Shown here: positions 1 to 11,487 of the stretch, piece after piece
Layout: each line of letters starts with the position of its first letter
Numbering within the stretch: the stretch's first letter is position 1
Origin: Octopus sinensis
Lineage: Eukaryota
Assembly: GCF_006345805.1 (NCBI RefSeq)
Contig: NC_043006.1
Span: 47,368,001-47,432,000, forward strand
Length of the DNA stretch: 64,000 nt
Direction of reading: 5' to 3'
Program-made: the position numbers and the translations under genes
The notes under the pieces: generated by a model
Told to the model about the DNA's origin: nothing
The model's database searches: none
What the model saw: only the letters and a program-made list of their open reading frames with translations

Positions 1-1
1 G

Positions 2-36
<35 letters not shown>

Positions 37-41
37 ATATG

Positions 42-72
<31 letters not shown>

Positions 73-101
73 GTATATATATTATATATATATATATATA
101 G

Positions 102-137
<36 letters not shown>

Positions 138-155
138 TTATATATAATATATATG
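1..155. repeat. (TA)n/(TATG)n microsatellite
   Basis: Near-pure alternating TA with interspersed TG; one of dozens of such tracts in the window. Confidence 0.95.
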
Positions 156-160
156 TATTG

Positions 161-769
161 ACTATTGCTCTCAGCTATGGTCACCATCCAGTGTCAAGCT
201 GATCACAGAACTTGTGGCGCTCCAACGTAGCTACACGAAGAAGATAGCCTCTGTGCAGCATATAAGCTACTGGGAAAGACTCAAGAGATTAAAATTCTAT
301 TCCTTGGAGCGTACGCGAGAAAGATATACCATAATATACATCTGGAAGATCCTGGAAGGACTTGTCCCAAACTTTGGCATCGAGAGTTACACAAATGCCA
401 GAACTGGGCGCCACTGCGTGGTGCCAAGGGCCCCAAATTTGCCATCAAGATGTAGGACAAGATACTGTGATAGCCTGGGCTTCCGAGGCCCACAGCTCTT
501 CAATATCCTCCCGAAGAACCTAAGAGACCTGCATGGGGTGGATGCAGATGTCTTTAAAATGAAACTGGATCTCTTCTTGTCAGGTATCCCAGATGAACCA
601 ACTTCACGGCAGGAGGTGCAGATGAGGGCAGCTGCATCGAAATCTCTCATGCACCAAATGGCAGTTGCTAAAAAGCATTCGTGAAGTAAAACCATGTAGC
701 AACACCAAATGGCGGTGCCCCAGCATGGCCACAGCTCGTGAGCAGAAACTAGAATCAATCAATCAATCA
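161..769 (+). mobile_element. 5'-truncated CR1/L2-type LINE 3' end with 3'UTR and (ATCA)n tail
   Basis: ORF2 C-terminal coding remnant, short 3'UTR with hairpin cagctc-gt-gagcag, then the tandem tail aatcaatcaatcaatca at about 754-769. Confidence 0.8.
214..684 (+). pseudogene. LINE ORF2 (RT thumb/C-terminal region) fragment, CR1/L2-like
   Basis: SYWERLKRLKFYSLERTRERYTIIYIWKILEGLVPN...GPQLFNILP...FKMKLDLFLSGIPDEP matches the post-RT C-terminus of invertebrate CR1-group elements. The RT core itself is absent. Confidence 0.8.
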
Positions 770-1191
770 TATGCATACATATGGATATAGGTGTATATGA
801 ATTTCGTATGTTTATGTGTGTGTAAATTATTTGTGCGTGCGGTAATGGAAATCGAGGTCGTTGTGTATTTCTCTTTAGATAAAAATAGATACCAGGCTGA
901 AACATAAATATTTAAATGTCTTCCAGTCTCGATGCACTCTAAAGTAGAAAAGGGGTAACAGAACAATTACAGAATGGAAGAAAATTATTAATAAATAGTA
1001 TAACTAATAACCAGACTAATTGGAGTCAGCACTAATATGTAAAGTGTGAAAAGTATTTAATAATTAATCGAAAAAATGATAAGAAGCGAAATAGGTAGAA
1101 ATTCAAATGAAAGGAACAAATATTGTATAAAAATAAGAACTAAACAAACGGAGGTGTGAAAATAGAAAGTGGAAAATATATTTGCTCCTTC

Positions 1192-1450
1192 TCTTTTAGT
1201 CTTTTACTTGTTTCAGTCATTTGACTGCGGCCATGCTGGAGCACCGCCTTTAGTCGAGTAAATTGACCCCGGGACTTTTTCTTTGTAAGCCTAGTACTTA
1301 TTCTTTCTGGCTATTTTGCCGAACCGCTAAGTGATGGGGACATAAACACACCAGCATCGGTTGTCAGGTAATGCTAGGAGGACAAACACAGACACACAAA
1401 CATACACACACACTCACACATATGTATATATATGTATATATATATATATA
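1192..1450 (-). mobile_element. SINE family B, 3' half only (ends in its internal CA/TA tract, where Tc1 inserted)
   Basis: Reverse complement of the family-B tail ggcggtgctccagcatggccgcagtcaaatgactgaaacaagtaaaag, plus body. Confidence 0.85.
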
Positions 1451-2666
1451 CAGTTGCGGCCAACATGTTCAGAACGGCAATGTTTTCGCCAGAAAAGTAG
1501 GTATGTTTTTATCAAAGTTGTTTTATATTCTATAATTTTCACAGACAACAAATACGATATTAATTGTTATTGTCTGAGAGTTAGGTGTAATTTGAGAGGA
1601 TAATACTAAACTTATGGATGATTTAGTGATTTACTGCAAAACCCAAGGCGGCCAAAATGATCAGAACGGTTGCTTTTACTCCGTGTTTTAGTATATTTAA
1701 TCGCCGAACTCTAATGTTTTGAATTTGTTTACGTGACGGTTCGTTTACTAAACATTAGTAAGAATATCTGCAGTGAACTTTGTTAATATAATACCACTTT
1801 CTCCGTTACCAATTCGTCAGCAGATTATTAAGCTTCGAAAGAAGGATAATTTAAGTATTGGGTCTATTGCAAAGATTGTTAAAAAGTCAAAAAGTGTTGT
1901 TCACGGTATTCTTAGGGTCTTCGATGATTGTGGTTCGTGTGAAGCAAGAGAGTCTACAGGCGGGCCAAGAAAAACGACCAAGAGAGAAGATCGTGCTATG
2001 GTAAAGTTGGTTAAAAAGGACAGATTTAAAACTGCTGCTGCTGTTTCTCGGGAAATGAGCATTGTACTGAAGAAAACGTTATCTCGAAAAACTGTGTCTC
2101 ATCGTTTAGTTGAACATAATCTACAAGCAAGATCACCTGCAGTGAAGCCACTGATCAGCTGCAAAAATAAAAAGTGTCGTCTTACCTTTGCAACCGAACA
2201 TGTGTTGTGGTCTCAAGTAAAATGGCAAACGGTGCATTTCAGTGATGAATCTAAGTTTATGTTATTTGGCTCAGATGGGTAAAGGTACGTTTGTCGAAAA
2301 GTAGGTGAAAAATTGTCGCCTAAATGCCTTAAGACTAGTGTTAAATTCGATGGAGGAAGTGTCATGGTTTGGAGGATGATATCTGGAGATGGTGTGGGCT
2401 CTTTGGTGCGATTACACGGAAAGATAAATGCAGGAGTTTATAAACAACTTGTAAAAGATCATGTCTTGCCTGTGCTGAGAAATTCAACTAAGCGACCACC
2501 CATATTCATGCAGGACTATGCCCCATGTCACAAGGCTAAGGTGGTCATGAATTTCCCCAAGGCTGAAAAGGTTATTATTATGGATTGGCCTGCGCAAAGC
2601 CCAGATCTCAATCCTATTGAAAATGTTTGGAATATTCTAGGAGAACATTCGAAAGCCAGAAAGTGA
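1451..2666 (+). mobile_element. Tc1-family DNA transposon, left IR/DR end intact, right end missing
   Basis: TA|CAGTTGCGGCCAACATGTTCAGAACGG start; 22-bp direct repeat at 1456-1477 and 1648-1669 (20/22 identical); followed by transposase sequence. Confidence 0.9.
1773..2666 (+). pseudogene. Tc1 transposase (DD34E), in-frame TAA at 2280-2282, C-terminally truncated
   Basis: HTH region, GGPRKTT linker, FSDESKF (D1), MQDYAPCH (D2), WPAQSPDLNPIENVW (E), with 34 residues between D2 and E. Track ORFs 1773-2282 and 2313-2666 are in the same frame. Confidence 0.92.
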
Positions 2667-4466
2667 GCAGAAGTTTTGTTTCGAAATCCTTTCCATTTCA
2701 ATGCCACATAGGCCATTATAAAATTTATAAAATATAGGCCTTCATAGTTTAGCCGAATTATGCATTAATATTTGGATTTGATAAGTCTTCCATATTTTTT
2801 TCGTTTTCCTCTGTGAATAACCTAATAAGTTAGTATTTCTTTTTATTTCCGAATATTAACGAAAACTTATCAAATTACACGGTTGAACTCAACATCACTG
2901 TCAAAAATGATAACAAAGTTGAAGGAACGATCAATATTTCAATAATTCAATGGATTTAATTACCTGAGAAATTAATGATAAGATATTCATTAAAATGGGA
3001 ATTGAATTTTACTAGAATCGACAGAAAGCATCAATCAGATTTTTTTTATATGACACACAAAAAATAAACGTGAAACGAAAAAAATCCATGAGGCATTTAA
3101 CACTGAAAGTCATCATGCATAAATTCATCAAAGACATCAATAGAATGCATTTGGCCATATGATAATTACTAAAAAAATCTTCCCTGTACAACAAAGTCTA
3201 CTGTTAAAAGACTTGCTGCAATCTCACTTTGATTACAACTCGTATTAAGTATATTACACTGAATTAAAAAAAAAATTACTTGTAGCGTGTTTCTTCTCAT
3301 ATATCTTAGTCAGAAACGCCTATATGTAACGAACGAACTCACTGGCAAAGTTTGGCAGCGCCAGTTCAAGCATACGTCATAAAATAGATACCACAACACA
3401 TCATTACAAATGGACCAAAATAAACCCTTTGATCGCATATGCCCCATGATTTAAACAGGAACAAGTGTTACAACCACGACACAATTATGCTTGGATAGAA
3501 ATATTCGACTCATATGTCGGTACACACCTTTTTGACACAGCTGCAGCATCTTTCCTAAAATGCATGCTTCCACACTTTTACAGTTGCGGACTTTAACACG
3601 TACTGCTTACATCACTGAATATATTTTTCGTTACAAGGATTTAGATCTTACCAAGCACCCGTTAAATATTTTCATATTTGTAAAAAAAAAGAGTTGAAAC
3701 GTTCCCAAAAGAAGATTGAATATTTCACCTGCGACTTGAAGGTCCCACCACAATATATTCCTATGTCAGCATGCAAGTTCTCGGTTGTCTCAACACATTG
3801 TGACTCACCCGTATGACTGCTGGCTTCAGAATATTTATAAGTCAATTTGATCTACATCAGTTATTAAACAGAGCACAGAAAGACTTCCAATAGTAATTTC
3901 TATAACGACCATCGCTAAAATATTGCATCACAGATACATATGGGTTTGTTACTTGTTAAACATATTGAAGTAGAGGCATTAGACATCCCCATATATCGGC
4001 AAAGCGTTTATGTGTCAGTGAAGATATTGAGATGAACATGGTCGCTTTTACCACCTACATACATAACCCTTGTTTATAGTGCTGCCTGCAGCTAACACAT
4101 TCTGTTTTCATTTCGGAAATATACTTGTTGGTAGTGTTCTAAGAAATGAAAAAGTCTACGCAGACAAACTGCCATGCTTGTTGAACTTAATGTGGGTATA
4201 AGTTCGTGTTAATCATGAGCAAATATTTATTGAGTGTATTCAAAAATTCATGAGATCTAAGTACGCATCAGAATATTATAATTTTCCGAACCGTTCGTAT
4301 CACTGCAGAAAGACAAGTTACAGTTGCAATATGTGAGGTCAGAATCGGCTTCAGCTAAGATGTTCTGCTAGAGAACTAGAAAGCCATTCATTTTAGACAC
4401 GCTAAGTTGATGCTAATATTTGTTAATAATATAATGTGATAATAACGTCAGCAACAACAACAAAGT

Positions 4467-4632
4467 GGAGACGCAATGGCCCAGTAGTTAGGGCAGCGGT
4501 TTCGATTTCCAGACCGGGAATTAAGAGTGTTTATTGAGCAAAAACTTTTAAGCTCCACGAGGCTCCGGCAGAGGAAGGTGGTGAACCCCGCTATACTCTT
4601 TCACCACAACTTTCTCTCACACTTTCTTCCTA
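4467..4632 (+). mobile_element. SINE family C (tRNA-like head), 5' part with an internal deletion
   Basis: ggagacgcaatggcccagtagttagggcagcgg...ttcgatttccagaccggg (A/B-box-like), body matches other C copies. Confidence 0.8.
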
Positions 4633-5629
4633 CTTCTGCCGCAAAGCAGAGGAACTATGGTGTAACCCACTATGGTGTGGTAAACTTTCAGACCCTAGAC
4701 TAGATTGCGAATCCTCTGTACCCCAGGATGGTTCAGCTCTCCACGCGTTATAAGCCACCGTTTACGGAATGAGGATAACAACGTAGCTTTCGCGCCCGTG
4801 CAACCGCTAGTTTATCGCGTGTGGTGGGTGTATTTTCAAGTTGCCACAGGCATCCTTAGTAGCTTAGAGTAGGTTCGAATTAGAGATTATTCTTTGTGGC
4901 TAATGGCGTGAGTCCCGATTGGAAGAAAAAGAAGAAGAAGAGGAAGAAAAAGAAGAAGGAGGAGGAGGAGGAGAAGAAGACAACAGACGACTGTAACATC
5001 AGCAATAATATTAACAACTAGAAACCAAAAACTAAGGTATTGGGAGAATAAAACTATTCGTTATACGAAACTAAAAAATAATAGAACAAAGAAGGAAAAT
5101 ACTTTAAGAAAATCCACGATCATTGTTTGAGATAAACGAAGTGTCTATGGAAGTACATTCATCATCTGTTGAATTTTATACAACAGTGATATAGATGAAA
5201 TCATCATTCCGCTGAGCAGAAAATACAAATCAACTGGATGCATCCAATAATAAGAAATACATGTAATATGTAGATATTAATACTTTTCCTCATGTTTATT
5301 GTTATTCTTACAGGTGTTGTCACTCTTAATGATTTTGTTTTGTTGATATTTTGATGTTCTCTGAAATAAAACTTGACATTGAATTTATTTAACTTCGAAA
5401 TTAGATTTTGCCAAACAAAAAAAAAAAAAGTAGATGCATTCAGAACGGAAATCTAAAATTAAGTTTATGGAACTCATTTCTATATTCGATATCGATAATT
5501 GGACTTGGTTATTTACTCGAAATAGTCGACCTAATTGAACAGGGAGAATAAAAACAAAGAAGGATATAATAAGTGTATACCTTTTCCCAAACGATGTGAT
5601 TTATGTTTTATTATATAAAGGGTAAAACT

Positions 5630-5641
5630 ATATACAGCGTG

Positions 5642-5691
<50 letters not shown>

Positions 5692-5693
5692 TG

Positions 5694-5743
<50 letters not shown>

Positions 5744-5871
5744 TGTATATATATGTATATATGTATATATATATATAATATATATATATATATATAATAT
5801 ATATATATATAAATATATATACACACACATATATATATATAAATATATATATACATCTATCTATCTATTTC

Positions 5872-5923
<52 letters not shown>

Positions 5924-5945
5924 GATAGATACATATGTATATATG
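5630..5945. repeat. Compound (TA)n/(CA)n/(TC)n/(GATA)n microsatellite
   Basis: Direct inspection; source of several YI-repeat pseudo-ORFs. Confidence 0.95.
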
Positions 5946-6143
5946 GTGATAAAATACTTATAATTAATATAACAAATATTTGTCTTTCGTATATAGATAC
6001 TTATATAGAGATGATGTTTGTAGTTTGATTGAAACATTGGGGAATATGCAGAGAATGATCTTTTATAGAAGGCAACATAAATGCAGATAGGAAATTAATA
6101 TAAGAAATTACAATAACAAACTTATCGAAAAATTTCATTACAT

Positions 6144-6392
6144 TCTTTTTATTCTTTTATTCTTTTACTTGATTCAGTCATTGATGCTGGAGCATCGCCT
6201 TTTTTTTTTAGTTGAGCAAATCGAACCCAGGACTTATTCTTTGTAAGCCTAGTGCCTATTGTATCTATCGGACATTTTTTGTCAAAACGCTAAGTTACGG
6301 GGGCGTAAAAACACCAGCATCGGTTGTCAAGCGATGTTGGAGGAACAATCACTGACACACAAACATACACACACACACACGTATATACATAC

Positions 6393-6485
<93 letters not shown>

Positions 6486-6649
6486 TATGACGGACTTCTT
6501 TAGTTTCCGTCTACCAAATCCACTCACGAGGCTTTGGTCGGCCCGAGGCTTTAGCAGAAGACACTTGCCCAAGGTGCCACGCAGTGGGACTGAACCCGTA
6601 ACCATGTGGTTAGTAAGCAGGCTACTTACCACACAGCCACTCCTACGCC
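6144..6649 (-). mobile_element. SINE family B, full length with internal (TA)n
   Basis: tRNA-like head ggcgtaggagtggctgtgtggtaagtag...ggttcagtcccactgcgtggcaccttgggcaagtgtctt, internal SSR, conserved tail. Confidence 0.9.
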
Positions 6650-6654
6650 TTATT

Positions 6655-6762
6655 TGTAGCTGTCCTTCAGTTTTTTGTAGCCCTGTAAAAGAACTTGGAA
6701 GGGTGAGCCTCCAGCCTGTCCTTTCCCGATACCTTTGGAGGTAGGAACTTTTCAGCATACAT
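6655..6762 (-). mobile_element. Partial copy of the short mariner-derived MITE at 7281-7487
   Basis: Highly similar to 7375-7478, including the terminal ggaacttttcagca. Confidence 0.7.
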
Positions 6763-7280
6763 ATATAATTTATTTTAATATTTTGTGTTTAAAACATCAC
6801 CTCAAACCTCAAAATAAAGTGAACAATAAACTGCAATTTATTGGCGTGCTGTGTCATTGTGCTCGAAAACAGACTTATCACTTGTTCAAGATGGAGATGA
6901 GAAGTCACAAATTTGGTCTCATGGTTTCAGTGTCGGGCAATGGGATGAACGGTGGTGATGAAATTAGTTGTTTTGTTGTTGGTCACAAAAGATAAAATAG
7001 TTTGTCGATTCAAAGTGACGTAGCTAATTCAGCATAAATGAAGTCATTAATAAAAACAAATAAGTATTTGAATTATTTGAACTAATTGATAATAAAACTG
7101 GATTCATGCACTTGAATATTTCATGGCGTTATATATATATATATATATATACTAATTAGAGAATCTGGGCAGCAATTTCGGGATTGGAATGAATATTAGG
7201 AGGAGTGATTCAAACAGCATGATATTTGTGGACGGGAGACAGGAAGATATATCATATTATAAGCATGCAAATATACTTTG

Positions 7281-7487
7281 CAGAGGGTTTACTGAAAAGC
7301 TCTAAGTTGTAGGTAAGATCAGTTAATTATGATTTTATTCAGGAATTTTCCCTTTAAGATTCACACAATTATCGTAGCTGTCCTTCAGATTTTTTGTAGC
7401 CCTGTAAAAGAATTTGGAAGGAAGAGCCTCCAACCTGGCCTTTCCCGACACCTTTAGAACCAGGAACTTTTCAGCACAATCTTGGTA
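7281..7487 (-). mobile_element. About 205-bp mariner-derived MITE retaining the transposase C-terminus
   Basis: Degenerate TIRs (gagggtttactgaaaagctct / aggaacttttcagcacaatcttgg). Minus strand encodes [33 protein letters not shown], like the mariner C-terminal helix. Confidence 0.65.
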
Positions 7488-7537
7488 AATACATGTTAAC
7501 ATACAGATACTCAAACATATAGAATTCTTTTCATTTA

Positions 7538-8104
7538 TTGAGTGGTCCGGAAAGTTTGTGCCGAATTTTAAAGGAGAGAAAAAGGTCAATAAATACTTGC
7601 CATTACATTTTTAATCAACCAAATATGAACCATTTTGTTGTACAATGCATCTCCATCTTTCCTTTAACTTGAAAATACCCTCTCACCAGAATTGAAATGG
7701 TTTCATGGCAAAAAATTCATCAGGGTATCTTTTCACGTCATCCAAGGATTTTGAAATTTTTACCATTAAGACTATTCTGCAGAGACCTGAGTAATTATAC
7801 ATCCGAAGGAGCAATATCTGGTAAATATGGAGGGTGGGTTAACACATCCCAGCCGAGCTGCAGCAATTTTTTCTAGTTCTCAAAGCATCAAGTGCCGAAA
7901 AGGAACTTTCTTATCTTCCATTTTAAAGGGTTACAGAATTAATACAGGTTATAGGAACATAAAAACTTCTTTCACGAAAAGATAGCTTAAACTGTGTCCT
8001 AAATTGAGGTGTAGTAAAATGCTATTTTATGGACTCAACCATGTTCTAAAATATGTTGAAAGATAAGCTACTATAAATCGGCACGAACTTTCCGGACAAC
8101 TCAA
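7538..8104 (-). mobile_element. Internally deleted mariner element (567 bp) with TIRs and TA TSD
   Basis: TA|ttgagtggtccggaaagtttgtgccg ... cggcacgaactttccggacaactcaa|TA. Minus strand encodes LGWDVLTHPPYLPDIAPSD (mariner YSPDLAPSD motif) and the C-terminal ERW..IVQQNGSY. Confidence 0.92.
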
Positions 8105-8295
8105 TACAAACAAATATATGGATGCATGCAAGCATTCATCGTATATGAAAGTATTCAATATCTGTATATATTCATACGGGTAAATATCTACCTATGTATT
8201 TGAATGACTAATCATGCAAGCAAATAGCTATATACAATCTCACATAAAGACATACGTACACCTAATGTTTTGTTTGTTATTTGATGTTCAATATT

Positions 8296-8590
8296 AGTAA
8301 CTAAGTGCGAGCCAATATATAACATTTGCTTCAGGTATGTTTTGCAGATCATAGAACCAGTGTTATATAATATTCCAGTAACTATTATGATTTGCACGCA
8401 ATTGAAAGCATTCAATGCTCCAATCATGGCTCATTGAACAGCTGTAATAAGACTATAGAGTGCAAAACTTGCAAACTTACTGCTTGCATGTTTGGCAGTA
8501 GATACTACTAATATGATAGCAGGTATGAAAAAATATATATATTTTGTCATACCATAATAATGACACATGTATTAATCCATACGGCTACTA
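8296..8590 (+). repeat. Unclassified dispersed repeat, copy 1 (inverted partner at 61850-62150)
   Basis: Shared blocks such as attatgatttgcacgcaattg..cattcaatgctcc.atcatggctcattg.acag and cttactgcttgcatgtttg..agtagatac.actaatatga. Confidence 0.8.
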
Positions 8591-8781
8591 ACACTAGCAA
8601 GTAGATCCACGAGCGTCTCATTTCTTGTTTAAGGATATAGGTCTCAATCTATGAGTAGCAAAATTAACACGTGACATCATCTATGTGACATCATTATGTG
8701 CCTGTGTATGTGTGTGTGTGTATGTGCGTGTGTACGTTTGTGTGTGTATGTGTGTGTGTGTACATACTCATCTATACTTAC

Positions 8782-9087
8782 ACATATGTTTCTGGCTTTA
8801 TTGAACAATTTATATCAATGCATAATTGATATAACATGTAGGTCAACAACCTTCTTCAGCCGCGTACAATTACCACACCAAAGACATATATTACATTATA
8901 GCAGGTTTACGACTATGAGGATTTACCTTCCCAATGAAACTCGTTTTTTTCCTAAACTTTTTCTGAAACCTGCTAAGATGTAATATATGTCTTTGGTGTG
9001 GTTATTGAAGAAGGCTGTTGACCTACATGTTATATCAATTATGCATTGATATAAATTGATCAATAAAGCCAGAAACATATGTACCGC
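8782..9087. repeat. Fold-back element 1: 127/117-bp inverted arms, 57-bp spacer, HHR-like motif in each arm (Penelope-like)
   Basis: Arms 8782-8908 and 8966-9082 are reverse complements apart from a 10-bp deletion and a few substitutions. Confidence 0.85.
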
Positions 9088-9118
9088 AAAACCCATTGCA
9101 TCATATTTTTCTTTTGAT

Positions 9119-9726
<608 letters not shown>

Positions 9727-9786
9727 TTTTATATATCAGAACTCGTGTTCCACATCTCCTTTTTAAATATATATATATATATATAA

Positions 9787-9839
<53 letters not shown>

Positions 9840-9844
9840 ATATA

Positions 9845-10050
9845 TAGTCGTCATGATTGATCGCTAAATCCCCAAGTTTTAAATTTTATTTTCTCTCTAC
9901 TTATTTCCTCTTATACCTTTCTGTTGAAGAGCGTAGGCTTGAAACGTAAAAGATTTTCTCAATTTCCAGAACTTCAAACTAATACACCTACTTATTGTTC
10001 ATACACCTGTCTTCGTCTTTCGTTTTTCTGTAAATTTCATCTATATATAC
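9845..10050 (+). mobile_element. Penelope-like terminal-repeat fragment between TA tracts
   Basis: Pyrimidine-rich leader followed by a minimal HHR-like motif; no coding sequence seen. Confidence 0.5.
9917..9952 (+). ncRNA. Minimal type I hammerhead-like motif (A6U variant)
   Basis: cuuu CUGUUGA a gagc-guag-gcuu GAA ACGU A aaag: 4-bp stem I, 4-bp stem II, palindromic stem III, GUA site. Confidence 0.6.
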
Positions 10051-10604
10051 AGGTAGACATCTTTATATTATATATATATATGCATATATATGTATAAGAC
10101 TCTATATACTTACTTATATACATTCATATATACATATGTGTGTGAGTGTGTGTGTGTGTTTGCGTGTGGGTGTGTGTGTGTGTGTGTACGCTGGGCATGT
10201 ACGGATGTACATATGAATCATACATATATCTATAACCTCTTTAAAAATATAACCTATACATAAATCAGTGGTTCTACGACTGGTGTGTGGAGAAAAGAGG
10301 TATATATTTTCCACTTCAGACCACTTTCAAAAATACAATTTCAAATTCCAGGTATTCTTATAGAACAATTTATTATAATAAGTGTCCGTAAGTAATTGAG
10401 CATGGGAATATCATGGGATATTTCCATTGACATATATCTAGACTTTGTGAAGAAGTGAAACATGTATATGAAGATATCTTCTTAAATTCCGTAGAGACAA
10501 TCGGATTAAGACGCTGATCAACATTGCAAAATTTATGGAAGAGATTTCTGGTTTGGTTTGAACATAAATCCTATTCCCGGAGGGAAAATACTTCTTTTAT
10601 CATC

Positions 10605-11016
10605 AACATGTTTCTGTCATTTGGCTGTGACTCAGCTAGGGCACCACGTTGATGTGCTTTAGTCGAACAAGTTGAGTGCAGGACATACTTTTTTTAAGCC
10701 TATTACTTAATCTATCGGTCTCTTGCCGAACCGCTAAGATACGGGGACGTAAACACGACACCAATTGTCATACTCTGGTGGGGTGACAACTCCACCACAC
10801 ACATACACAAACATACACACACAAACACACACACACGCACATATATGCCGGACTTCTTTCAGTTTCCGTCTTCGAAATCCACTGACAAGAGTTTGGTCGG
10901 CCTGAGGCTATAGTAGAAGTGACTTCCCGAAGGTGCTGAGCATTAAGACTGAACCTCTGAAGCCAACCCTATGTGCTTGAAAAGTAAGGTTCTTCCCATA
11001 CAGTCACACATGCGCC
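10605..11016 (-). mobile_element. SINE family B, diverged full-length copy
   Basis: Tail, body and head all recognisable, with an internal (CA)n. Confidence 0.75.
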
Positions 11017-11302
11017 ATATATAATTATTAAACATATCGTACACATATTCCATTTTTACATTATAATCAAGATAATTACGCAGAGATGGTGCTTATTTCA
11101 TTTTGCCGCAGATAGAATATCGAATAAACTGAATACACTGAAGTTAATTTGCTCATGGAAATAAGAATTCTGCTGATTAAAGTAGACAAAGAGGAATCTA
11201 TGCAGTTCCTCATATAATAAATTATTGCAGGCGTGTACTTTTGAAACTATATTGTTATGATGTGAATATGTGTGTAATAATTGTTACACAAATGGGCATT
11301 TG

Positions 11303-11344
<42 letters not shown>

Positions 11345-11435
11345 ATAGAGAGAGAGAGAGAGATAAGAATTGTTTTGCGCAATAAGATAAAAGAAACCAA
11401 GGGTGTTTAGTTATTAGAACATTTACTGATAGAGG

Positions 11436-11487
11436 GTCTTACAGCTAATTCTAGGATATTTATTAAATATATCACTTCATCGGAGAC
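11436..11487 (-). ncRNA. Decayed hammerhead-like motif (Penelope-type)
   Basis: gucu CCGAUGA a gugaua...uauccua GAA uuagcugu A agac: stem I gucu/agac intact, U4C change, stem III derived from ACAGCUGU. Confidence 0.4.

Noticed and set aside
2667-4460. Search for the Tc1 right IR or a second transposase
   Set aside because: No ccgttctga...ggccgc match and no interpretable coding remnants.
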